Source: Candidatus Krumholzibacteriota bacterium (GTDB taxonomy: Bacteria > Krumholzibacteriota > Krumholzibacteriia > JAJRXK01). From it: DNA of 64,000 nucleotides. A model generated the notes under the pieces. That model worked only from the letters and a program-made list of their open reading frames with translations. It was not told where the DNA came from and did not search any database. The translations under genes and the position numbers were made by a program. Below, one piece after another: positions 1 to 8,791 of this stretch. The DNA lies in NCBI GenBank assembly GCA_963727455.1, contig CAVSGG010000004.1:24532-88531 (forward strand). The letters are read 5' to 3'. Positions within the stretch are counted from its first letter, which is position 1; each line of letters begins with the position of its first letter.

Positions 1-2
1 TC

Positions 3-395
3 GGAATAAGGCCCGAATGGTGTGGCGAGGCGCGGGATCTGCTGGCGGTGCTGGATAGCGAAGATGCGGTCCGCGCCCTCCGGCCCGACATGGAGCTGCT
101 GAAGAAGCTGGACGTCATGGGCGTCTGTCCCACCGCTCCCGGAAGCGAAGTCGATTTCGTGTGCCGCTTCTTCGCGCCCAAAGTCGGAGTTCCCGAGGAT
201 CCCGTGACCGGCTCGGTCTTCTGTACCCTGCTTCCGTACTGGGGCAAGCGCCTGGGGAAGGATCACCTCACCGCGCGCCAGCTCTCCGAGCGGGGTGGCG
301 AGGTCGTGGGAGAAATCCACGGCAACCGGGTGCACATCGGAGGTCACGCGGTGGAGACCATTCGCGGGGAATTGATGTTGCCCTCACTTTCGTGA
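3..395 (+). CDS. PhzF family isomerase/epimerase (5'-truncated by the window edge)
   Basis: Motif RFFAPKVGVPEDPVTGS and C-terminal SERGGE...RVHIGG; the frame is open back to base 3. Confidence 0.9.
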   Translation, partial: GIRPEWCGEARDLLAVLDSEDAVRALRPDMELLKKLDVMGVCPTAPGSEVDFVCRFFAPKVGVPEDPVTGSVFCTLLPYWGKRLGKDHLTARQLSERGGEVVGEIHGNRVHIGGHAVETIRGELMLPSLS

Positions 396-1549
396 AGTCC
401 GCGCATCCCGTGTTTTCCTACCAGTTGAGCCAAAGGTTCTTCGCGCAAGTTGCGGACGGGCTACAGGATCTCGCGCGCATGGAGCTGGAGGAACTCGGAG
501 CGCAAGACATCAAGGGCACGTATCGGGGCGTATACTTCAACGCGGATCAGAGGGCCCTGTACGAAATCAACTACCGCGCTCGCTTCATCACGAGAGTTTT
601 CGCGCCCCTCCTCAGCTTCGATTGTCACAGTGCCCGCTATCTTTATAAGACTCTGCGCGGCTTGGCTTGGGAAGAGATTCTGCCCCTCGATGCGAGTTTC
701 GCGGTGACCGCGAATCTGAGTCAGAGCCGCATCAGCCACAGTCAGTACGCCAGTCGCGTGGTGAAGGACGCCGCCGTGGACTACTGGCGCGACAAGAGTG
801 GACAACGGCCGCGAGTCGATCCCAAGAACCCGAGTCTCTGGCTTCATCTCCATCTTCACCGCAACCACGCTACGCTGAGCGTGGATTGTTCGGGGGGTTC
901 CCTTCATCGCAGGGGGTACCGGAAACATTCGGTGGAAGCGCCGATGATGGAGACCCTTGCCGCGGCGATCATCGAGCTGAGTGGATGGAAAGGAGAGCGT
1001 CCACTCGTGGACCCGATGTGCGGATCGGGTACCCTGCTCTGCGAGGCCTTGATGAGATTCTGCCGCATCCCCGCGGGATATCTACGCGAACGATTCGGGC
1101 TGCAAAATCTTCCCGATCACGAGCCGAGACTTTTCGAGCGCGTGAAACAGGAAGCAGAAGCGGGCATTCGTGAACTTCCTTCGGGACTTCTGCTGGGTAA
1201 CGATCTCTCCGCGGAGAATCTCGCCGTTGCCAAGGAAAACTGCCGCCTGCTTCCCCAGGGTGAAAACATCGTCTGGCAACTGGGCGACTTTCACGGATTG
1301 AAAGAACGAAAAGACCAGGTACTCGTCTGTAATCCTCCCTACGGGCGGCGTCTAAAGGCAGAGTCCGGGCCCGAGCGGCTACTGGGCGCATTTGGGGACT
1401 ATCTCAAAAGGAACTGTCAGGGCTCGCGCGCATTGATCTACGTGGGCGATAAGAACTTGCTCAAGAGCGTGGGGCTACGTCCCAACTGGAAGCGTGCTCT
1501 CAAGAACGGCCAACTCGACGGCCGACTCGCCTGCTACGAGATGTACTGA
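392..1549 (+). CDS. rlmL: THUMP-domain 23S rRNA m2G methyltransferase (RlmL/YpsC-like)
   Basis: Motifs SLHRRGYR, APMMETLAAA, DPMCGSGT, NPPYG; GTG start at 392 overlaps the phzF stop (GTGA). Confidence 0.85.
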   Translation: MKSAHPVFSYQLSQRFFAQVADGLQDLARMELEELGAQDIKGTYRGVYFNADQRALYEINYRARFITRVFAPLLSFDCHSARYLYKTLRGLAWEEILPLDASFAVTANLSQSRISHSQYASRVVKDAAVDYWRDKSGQRPRVDPKNPSLWLHLHLHRNHATLSVDCSGGSLHRRGYRKHSVEAPMMETLAAAIIELSGWKGERPLVDPMCGSGTLLCEALMRFCRIPAGYLRERFGLQNLPDHEPRLFERVKQEAEAGIRELPSGLLLGNDLSAENLAVAKENCRLLPQGENIVWQLGDFHGLKERKDQVLVCNPPYGRRLKAESGPERLLGAFGDYLKRNCQGSRALIYVGDKNLLKSVGLRPNWKRALKNGQLDGRLACYEMY

Positions 1550-1618
1550 GAGCGCTCGGGGGCAATTCCTGCTACCATGCAAGAGAAACAGACAGAGGAA
1601 AAACGAGCATAGAGGTAA

Positions 1619-3115
1619 ATGACAGTGACACAACCCCCTCGCCGCCGCCGCCGCCGAGTGCGTCATGGGCGATCCCATCCTTCGCCAAACCTACCGCCCG
1701 AAGTCGAAAACGAAGAACAGAACTCCGATTCACAGGACGAACCGGCGGACGAACTCGTAGAACCCGAGGATGCCATTCCCGCGGTTCATCTGAAGGATCT
1801 GCCCGAGGGGATGCGGAAGGCGTGTACCCGGGCCGGTTGGTCAGAGCTCATGCCGGTGCAGCAGAAGACGATTCCCTATGTGCTGGCCAAACGCGATCTC
1901 ATGATTCAGTCACGGACTGGCAGCGGCAAGACTGCGGCATTCCTTTTGCCTATCTTCGATCGAATCGATCCGAAACTCGCCGAGTGCCAGGCTCTCATTT
2001 TGGTTCCGACGCGGGAACTCGCCCAGCAGGTCTACGACCAGGCCGAAGTGCTGGCCTCGTCCGGAGCCCGCACCATCGCGGTCTACGGGGGCGTCGGGTA
2101 CTCCAAGCAGATCCAGGCCTTCAAGAACGGCGCGCACTTGGTCGTGGGTACTCCGGGGAGAATTCTCGATCATCTCATGCGAGGTACTCTCAGGCTCGAT
2201 CAGGTCAAGATTCTCGTCTTCGACGAAGCCGACCGCATGCTCTCGATGGGTTTCTATCAGGACATGAAGAGAGTGCGGAGCTTTTTGGGTAAAAAGCCGC
2301 GCAATGGTTACATGTTCTCCGCGACCTTTCCCTACCACGTCATGCGTCTGGCCACGGACTTTTTGGATGATCCGGGCATGTTGAGCCTCAGCCGCGATCG
2401 TGTTCACGTTGCGGAGGTCGATCACGTGCTGTGCTCGGTCCCCGACATGAAGAAGGACCGTGTGCTGGTCAAACTCATCGAACTGGAAAATCCAACCACC
2501 GCGATCATCTTCTGCAACACCAAGGCCGAAGTGAACTACGTCTCCCTCATTCTCCAACGCTTCGGATACAACGCGGATGCTCTCAGCAGCGAACTCCGTC
2601 AAAGAGACCGGGAAAAGGTTCTCACCCGCGTTCGCAAGGGGGAGCTGCGCCTTCTGGTGGCCACCGACGTAGCTGCGCGCGGCATCGACATCCAGGAAAT
2701 CAGTCATGTCTTCCAGTACGAGGTGCCAGAGGATCCCGAGGTGTACGTCCACCGCGCGGGGCGCACGGGAAGAGCGGGAGCGGGAGGCCGCGCGATCACG
2801 CTGGCCTACCGTCTGGAAATGATGCGGGTGAGCCAGATCAAGGATCGCTACTCCATCGACTTCGAGGAGAAGGCCGCGCCGAGTGACGAGGACCTGGAGA
2901 AAGTCGTCTCCGAGCGCCTCATCGCGCAACTCGAATCCAAACTTCGTCGCTGCAGCAAGCTCGAGTTGGAGCGCATGGAGCGATTCGTGCCCATGGCGAA
3001 GGAGTTAGGGGAGAGCAACGGCGGGGCCGCTCTGGTCGCGATGCTGCTCGACGAAAGCTATCGGGCCAACCTCAACGCGCCCGTAGTCAGTGAGGAAGAG
3101 GAGAATGGCGGGTAG
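1619..3115 (+). CDS. DEAD-box RNA helicase
   Basis: Q motif, GSGKT, PTRELA, DEAD, SAT, ARGID, HRAGRTGR; RBS GAGG. Confidence 0.95.
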   Translation: MTVTQPPRRRRRRVRHGRSHPSPNLPPEVENEEQNSDSQDEPADELVEPEDAIPAVHLKDLPEGMRKACTRAGWSELMPVQQKTIPYVLAKRDLMIQSRTGSGKTAAFLLPIFDRIDPKLAECQALILVPTRELAQQVYDQAEVLASSGARTIAVYGGVGYSKQIQAFKNGAHLVVGTPGRILDHLMRGTLRLDQVKILVFDEADRMLSMGFYQDMKRVRSFLGKKPRNGYMFSATFPYHVMRLATDFLDDPGMLSLSRDRVHVAEVDHVLCSVPDMKKDRVLVKLIELENPTTAIIFCNTKAEVNYVSLILQRFGYNADALSSELRQRDREKVLTRVRKGELRLLVATDVAARGIDIQEISHVFQYEVPEDPEVYVHRAGRTGRAGAGGRAITLAYRLEMMRVSQIKDRYSIDFEEKAAPSDEDLEKVVSERLIAQLESKLRRCSKLELERMERFVPMAKELGESNGGAALVAMLLDESYRANLNAPVVSEEEENGG

Positions 3116-3179
3116 CCGCCGCGACCGTTGAAATCGCCCGCCATCTCCTCGCTCGGACTCTAAGCTCCGGTGCGGGTCG

Positions 3180-3644
3180 TCACTCGAGGTGGCTCTGCAG
3201 CATCCACGCGTTCTTCTGATGAGTCTCGATGCGGCGCGTCGCCAGATCGACGGTGGCCGCGTCGCCTTTCTTTTCGGCCACCTCCAGCAGGGCCATGGCG
3301 GAGGAGGCGAGCTGGCGCTGGTCGTTTGCGAGATGCCGGAGCATGTCCTGCGCACTGGTATTGGGCTGCGCCTCTTCCATCTTGGACAACTGGCTGAATT
3401 CGGCGTAGGAACCCGGCGCATGGTGCCCGAGAGCGCGGATGCGCTCGGCGATCTCATCCACGGCCTGCGCCAGTTCCGTGTACTGGCTCTCGAAGAGCAG
3501 GTGGAGGGAATTGAACATCGGGCCGACCACGTTCCAGTGGTAATTGTGGGTCTTCAAATAGAGCGTGTAGGAGTCGGCCAGAAGCCTGCTCGCTGCCTCG
3601 GCAACCGCTTGGTTCTGCAAGGGATCGGTGGCGGTGTTCATCAT
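3180..3644 (-). CDS. dps: Dps ferritin-like DNA-protection protein
   Basis: Motifs KTHNYHWNVVGPMF..LH..FE, DEIAERIRALG, HQKNAWML; RBS AAGGAG before the ATG at 3644. Confidence 0.95.
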   Translation of the reverse strand: MMNTATDPLQNQAVAEAASRLLADSYTLYLKTHNYHWNVVGPMFNSLHLLFESQYTELAQAVDEIAERIRALGHHAPGSYAEFSQLSKMEEAQPNTSAQDMLRHLANDQRQLASSAMALLEVAEKKGDAATVDLATRRIETHQKNAWMLQSHLE

Positions 3645-3728
3645 CTCTCTCCTTCGTGGCGTCCCGGGCGACGCCCTGACGAGTTCGTGAATTTTCTCGA
3701 ACGGCCACAAGATCGTCACGGATATGTA

Positions 3729-3774
3729 ATAGAGCCAATTGATTCTCATTGTAAAATAGATAGAAAATATCTAT
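3729..3774. promoter_or_regulatory. OxyR binding site in the divergent dps/oxyR spacer
   Basis: Perfect ATAG-N7-CTAT at 3760-3774; degenerate ATAG-N7-TGAT at 3729-3743; AT-rich island. Confidence 0.75.
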
Positions 3775-3783
3775 CGTTAGAGC

Positions 3784-4707
3784 ATGACTCTACAGGAATT
3801 ACGCTATCTGGTGGCTCTGGCTGAGCATCGTCACTTCGGACGCGCGGCGGCGGCGTGCCACGTGGCGCAACCCTCTTTGAGTGCCGGCCTGAAACGGCTG
3901 GAGGACGAGCTCGGCGCGCGCCTCTTCGAGCGCTCGCGGCGCCAGGTCATTCCCTCGCAACTAGGCGAACGACTCGTCGAGCAAGCGCGCGTCATTCTCT
4001 TCGAAGTCGAGCGCCTGGAGGGCATGGCCCGCTCGGTGAGGGCATCCTTGAGCGGTATCTTCCGCTTGGGCACCATCCCCACTGTCGGGCCCTACCTCAT
4101 GCCGCACCTGGTGGAAATTCTCCGCGCCGACCACCCCGCCCTCGAGTTGCATCTGGTGGAACAGCAAACGCAGGAGCTGGTGGCGGAACTCCGCCTGGGA
4201 CGGCTCGACGCGGCCTTGCTCTCTCCTCCGCTGCATGAGGATGGACTCTCGCGATCCGATCTCTACCGCGAAGACTTCTTCCTCGCCGCTCCGGCTTCGC
4301 ACCGCCTGGCGAAGGGGGAGTCGGTGCGGCAGCGGGACATCAGAAACGAAGCCCTTCTTCTGTTGGACGAAGGCCACTGTCTGCGCGACCAGATTCTGGA
4401 GATTTGCCGGACGGCTACCTCGCCGGCCCGCGAGCTTTTGCGGGGGAGCAGTCTCGAGACGCTGCGCAACATGGTGGCGGCCGGAGTGGGGTGCACCCTA
4501 CTACCGGCACTGGCCGTGCGTCCCTACGGCGGGGTTTCCTCGAGGAGCGAGAGTTCTCCCTTGAAGATCGTGCCCTTCGCCGATCCCAAACCGCATCGGA
4601 TCATTTCCCTCTACTACCGCAAAGGCTTCAGCCGCGAGGATTCCGCGCGCGACCTCACTCGCTGGCTGAAGGCGCATCTTCCCGACGCGGTCAGCGCGAC
4701 CGACTGA
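3784..4707 (+). CDS. oxyR: H2O2-sensing LysR regulator OxyR
   Basis: LysR HTH plus EGHCLRDQILEIC with both redox cysteines; divergent from dps. Confidence 0.92.
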   Translation: MTLQELRYLVALAEHRHFGRAAAACHVAQPSLSAGLKRLEDELGARLFERSRRQVIPSQLGERLVEQARVILFEVERLEGMARSVRASLSGIFRLGTIPTVGPYLMPHLVEILRADHPALELHLVEQQTQELVAELRLGRLDAALLSPPLHEDGLSRSDLYREDFFLAAPASHRLAKGESVRQRDIRNEALLLLDEGHCLRDQILEICRTATSPARELLRGSSLETLRNMVAAGVGCTLLPALAVRPYGGVSSRSESSPLKIVPFADPKPHRIISLYYRKGFSREDSARDLTRWLKAHLPDAVSATD

Positions 4708-6646
4708 GGCCCTCGCCGTTCCCGGCCCTCGGGTCGTCCGCGCCAATGGCACCGCCCGCAGCGTGGAGAAGGTAGAGGGTGGACTCGGAGCCCTGTAGTA
4801 CGGGCTCGAAGCGAGGATCGTCCTTCAAGTCTTCTCGATGCAAGCCGCTACCCTGACCGAAAGTTTCGTCACTCAAATAGAGATAGTGGATCTGCAGACT
4901 CCGCAAGAGCCGCGCGGTCTCCGCGGGCCACGGCTTTTCGGCCAAGCCGCGGGTCAGCTGGTGCAGGGAGCGGCCCTCGGCGTCGAAGAGAGGCCAGGCG
5001 CAGGGTTGCAGGAAACGCCGCCCGCTCACGTGCATGGCCCACACGCTGCCGTCGTCCCAGAGGTTGGCCACGATCGAGTGCCGGGGAACCAGCCTAGCGA
5101 TGGTGCAAGCCTGCCGGTAATCGTCGCGCGTGAAAGGAACTGTCGAGCGACTGGAACGGTAGTTGCGCAGCTCGCGAGAGAAGCCGCTCCCCAGGGCGCC
5201 CGCCAGCAAGAGAACGACAAGTGCGCGCGCTGTGATGGTCCCACCGGAAGGCCCCTTTTCTCCGGCCCGGCGCGACGGCAGGGCTTCAAGGATGCGCACG
5301 AGGGGCAGGGCCAAAAGAGGTGGCAGCAGATAGAACTGCAGATAAAGAACGCGCGGAGCCTGACGGTAGAAGGGCGTTGCGAGCAGACGCGTGAGAGGAT
5401 CGGCGTAGCTCTGCAAGAACAGATAGAAGATGCCCAGGATAGCGCTCGTCACGACGAGCCTCCGGGCCCAGGTTTTCCTGAAGCCGAAAATCCACCCCAA
5501 GGGCAAGAGAAGTTGCAGCACGACGCCGCGACCTCCCGAACGCCAGAGACGCGTGAGGGAATCGAGAAGTTCCTTGCGGTGCGGCAATTCCGAAGCAACC
5601 AAACTCGGGTATCCTCGGTACACTTGCCAGACTTCCGGGCCGCAGACAAACACGAGCGCCGCGAGGAGCGCGAGCCCGCTTCGCCAGCTGGGACGAGTCC
5701 TCCGCTCGAGCGAGAGCAAGGTCGCTCCCAGAACCACCACTACTTCGCTTGCGTGCACGAAGATCAGGGCGCCGAGCACGAATCCCGCAGCCAGGCCCGC
5801 GCTCAAGGACGAACTTCGCCACCCCGAACGCAGAGCTAGCACGCCAAAGGGCACCAGGAAGAAACCGGCGATCTGCCCGAAACCTCCCCAGCCCAGAATC
5901 CCCCCGGGACCCAGCGGATTTGCAACACTCAGGAGCAGCGCTAGGCCTAGGGTCAAAGCAGGGACTCTCCAAGCGCGCCACAACAGAGAGAAGGCGCCGG
6001 GGATCATCGCGCACAAGAGAAGCGCGAGCATCCACACCGAGATGTATGGTGCCACGCCGGAAACGCGCGCGATGAGCGCCGCCGCCGCGTGGAGCCCCGG
6101 CAGATAGCCGACCTTCACCGTGCCGGCCAAGTCCGCGTTGACGAGTGAAAGATTCAAACTCGAAGTCTGGACGATCCGCAGGGTGAGCCAGGCGTGATTG
6201 GAGGCGTCGTGGATGTGGGGTGGCGCAGGCAAGCGCCCAAAACCCAACAAGAGAAGCGTCAGACTCACAAGCATCGCACCCAGGGCTGACAAACTCTCCA
6301 GCCGGGTGAGCGCCCGCAGCTTCTCCGAATCGCGCGCGAGGGTGTTCCGCCACCCAGGCCAGAGCGAGCTGAGGCCAATGAGCATCAGGATCGCCCCCAA
6401 GTAGTACTCCGGACGGAAGGGGAGCCCGAAGCGTCCGAAGAGAGCAGAGTAGAGGAAAGGCAGGACGAGACCGGACGAGAGCGAGACCATGCAGCGACTG
6501 AGAAAGTCCTGCGCGCGCAGCCAACGCCCCACCACCAAATAGCCGGGGAGCCAGAGGATGAGGGCACATCCCAGGCCGAAACGGATCCACAGTAGGGGGG
6601 AGATCAGGGGTAAGGCGGCGTGCATGAGCTGAGTGTGGCACCGCAT
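4691..6646 (-). CDS. Polytopic membrane protein, DUF6541/GT-C-like (start may be 6625)
   Basis: Many hydrophobic segments; HDASNH loop followed by YLPGLH; soluble C-terminal tail (DDGSVW, IHYLY). Confidence 0.55.
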   Translation of the reverse strand: MRCHTQLMHAALPLISPLLWIRFGLGCALILWLPGYLVVGRWLRAQDFLSRCMVSLSSGLVLPFLYSALFGRFGLPFRPEYYLGAILMLIGLSSLWPGWRNTLARDSEKLRALTRLESLSALGAMLVSLTLLLLGFGRLPAPPHIHDASNHAWLTLRIVQTSSLNLSLVNADLAGTVKVGYLPGLHAAAALIARVSGVAPYISVWMLALLLCAMIPGAFSLLWRAWRVPALTLGLALLLSVANPLGPGGILGWGGFGQIAGFFLVPFGVLALRSGWRSSSLSAGLAAGFVLGALIFVHASEVVVVLGATLLSLERRTRPSWRSGLALLAALVFVCGPEVWQVYRGYPSLVASELPHRKELLDSLTRLWRSGGRGVVLQLLLPLGWIFGFRKTWARRLVVTSAILGIFYLFLQSYADPLTRLLATPFYRQAPRVLYLQFYLLPPLLALPLVRILEALPSRRAGEKGPSGGTITARALVVLLLAGALGSGFSRELRNYRSSRSTVPFTRDDYRQACTIARLVPRHSIVANLWDDGSVWAMHVSGRRFLQPCAWPLFDAEGRSLHQLTRGLAEKPWPAETARLLRSLQIHYLYLSDETFGQGSGLHREDLKDDPRFEPVLQGSESTLYLLHAAGGAIGADDPRAGNGEGLSRSR

Positions 6647-6832
6647 GGTTGCGCGGTCAATTGGTCACGGAATGCGCGCGCAGCGTCCTCTCGGGGGTAA
6701 GCATGAACGGGAATCCTCCCCCTCTCTTGACCCAGCCCCCTGAATGGTCGATCCTCCTTGAATTGCGAGATCGACCTACGGACCGATCTTGCCCGCGTAC
6801 ACTCCAGTTCGGATTCTATCGAGGTGGTCTCT

Positions 6833-8791
6833 ATGAAGAATTTCACGCTGCGTCGCGCTTTGCGGCCAGGTGGTCCCGGCTTGGCCTTGATTCTCTGCGC
6901 CGTCATCGCGGGCCTGCTCAGCGCACAGAAGCCTGCGCGAGCCGAGGATGCCGACTACGTTCCCGACCCCAATGCGACGCGCGAGGAGGTGCCGGTGCAG
7001 TACCGATGGGATCTCACCCCGCTCTTTCCGGATGAGGCGGCCTGGCAGAAGGCGATGGACAGCTTGGAGAAGCAGATCCCCAATCTCGTGGCGTTCAAGG
7101 GAACTCTCGGCAATCCCGAGCAGTTGGAGCCCTGCCTCGTCCTCTATTTCGATCTGCACAATCGCATCAATCACTGCACGCTCTACGCGAACCTACTCTC
7201 GAGCGTCGCCCAGAACGACGACCATGCTCAGTCCATGGAAACGCGGGCATTGGCGCTGATGGATGAACTCATGCGCAAGGCATCCTTCATCCGCAGCGAG
7301 CTGTTGGCGATCGACGACGAGACCATGCAGAAGGCCTACGCCGAAGAACCCGGCATGGAAGATTTTCGTGCCTACATCGAGAACTTGCGTCGCCGCCGTT
7401 CTCGGGTCCTGAGCCCCGAGTCCGAACGTATTTTGGGTCTCATGGGTGACAACTTGTGGGCGGAGATCGACCTCAACGAGATTCCGTCTCCGCTGGAGAC
7501 AGCGTTCACCGCGCTCCTCACCGACATCCCCTGGCCCATGATCCACGACGAAGAGGGCAAGGAAGTTCAGATGACTCTGGCAAGCTATGAGCGCTTCCGC
7601 AGTTCTCCCAATCGTGAAGTGCGCAAGGAGGCGGTCACCGCGTTTTTCGCCACTCTGCGTCAGTACCAGCATACATTTGCGGCCACCCTGGCTGGACAGG
7701 ATGAGCTCGACGTATCGCTGGCGCGCGCACGCGGCTATGACACTGCACTGCAGGCGTACATGGACAAGGACGGCCTTCCCACTTCGGTATACGACAATCT
7801 CATCGAGACGGTAAACTCGCGCCTTGACCTTCTCCATCGCTACATGGCTCTCCGAAAGAAGGCGATGGGTCTGAGCGATTTACATCTCTATGACCTGTAT
7901 CGTCCCATGACCAAGGGAGTCGAGAAAGAGGTCACCTTTGATCAGGCGCGGTCGGTGATTCTGAAAGCCCTTGCGCCGCTCGGTTCCGACTACCACAAGA
8001 TTCTGGAAGAGGGGACCGACCCCAGCAACGGCTGGATGGACATCTATCCCCAGCGCTACAAGCAGAGCGGGGCGTTCTCCTCGAGCGTTTATGGGAATCA
8101 CCCCTACGTCCTCCTGAATTTCCAGAACAGTCAGGACGACGAATCCACTCTGGCGCATGAATTCGGGCATGCCATACATAGCCACTTGGCGATGACGCAT
8201 CAGCCCTATCCTAACTTCCGCTACGTCCCCTTCCTGGCCGAGATTGCGAGCACCTGCAACGAGGCGCTGCTCGGAGACTATCTGCTCTCGCAGGCAAAGG
8301 ACGACGCAGAGCGCGCGTATCTATTGAGCAACCGGCTCGAAAAAATTCGCACTACGATCTACCGGCAGACTCTTTTCGCGGAATTCGAGCGCAGCGTTCA
8401 CGGCTTTCTGGAGGCGGGAACGCCGGTCACCGCCAGCTTACTGGACAAGACCTACAGAGACTTGATCGAGCGGTACTACGGACCGGCCTACACCGTGGAC
8501 GAAAACGACGGTATGGAGTGGGCTTACATCCCGCATTTTTATTACAAGTACTACGTGTACACCTATGCCACCGGCCTCTCGAGCGGAATCGCGATTGCCG
8601 AGGGCTTGCGCGGCGATCATCCGAAGAAGGCGCAAGAGGGTTTCTTGGCCATGCTGAGCGGCGGTTGCAGCGAGCCCCCGTTGGCTCTGCTCCGGAAGGC
8701 GGGGGTCGATCTGACGAAACCTGACGCCATAGAGTCGGCCCTGGACAGCTTCGACAAGACCCTGACGGAGATGGAGAAGCTCATCAAGTGA
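6833..8791 (+). CDS. pepF: Oligoendopeptidase F (M3B) with signal peptide
   Basis: HEFGH zinc motif, AEIAST, HFYYKYYVYTYA; N-terminal signal peptide; RBS GAGGTGG. Confidence 0.92.
   Translation: MKNFTLRRALRPGGPGLALILCAVIAGLLSAQKPARAEDADYVPDPNATREEVPVQYRWDLTPLFPDEAAWQKAMDSLEKQIPNLVAFKGTLGNPEQLEPCLVLYFDLHNRINHCTLYANLLSSVAQNDDHAQSMETRALALMDELMRKASFIRSELLAIDDETMQKAYAEEPGMEDFRAYIENLRRRRSRVLSPESERILGLMGDNLWAEIDLNEIPSPLETAFTALLTDIPWPMIHDEEGKEVQMTLASYERFRSSPNREVRKEAVTAFFATLRQYQHTFAATLAGQDELDVSLARARGYDTALQAYMDKDGLPTSVYDNLIETVNSRLDLLHRYMALRKKAMGLSDLHLYDLYRPMTKGVEKEVTFDQARSVILKALAPLGSDYHKILEEGTDPSNGWMDIYPQRYKQSGAFSSSVYGNHPYVLLNFQNSQDDESTLAHEFGHAIHSHLAMTHQPYPNFRYVPFLAEIASTCNEALLGDYLLSQAKDDAERAYLLSNRLEKIRTTIYRQTLFAEFERSVHGFLEAGTPVTASLLDKTYRDLIERYYGPAYTVDENDGMEWAYIPHFYYKYYVYTYATGLSSGIAIAEGLRGDHPKKAQEGFLAMLSGGCSEPPLALLRKAGVDLTKPDAIESALDSFDKTLTEMEKLIK

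Noticed and set aside
1637-1663. CGC triplet repeat
   Set aside because: Encodes a poly-Arg stretch in the helicase N-terminus; not an independent repeat element
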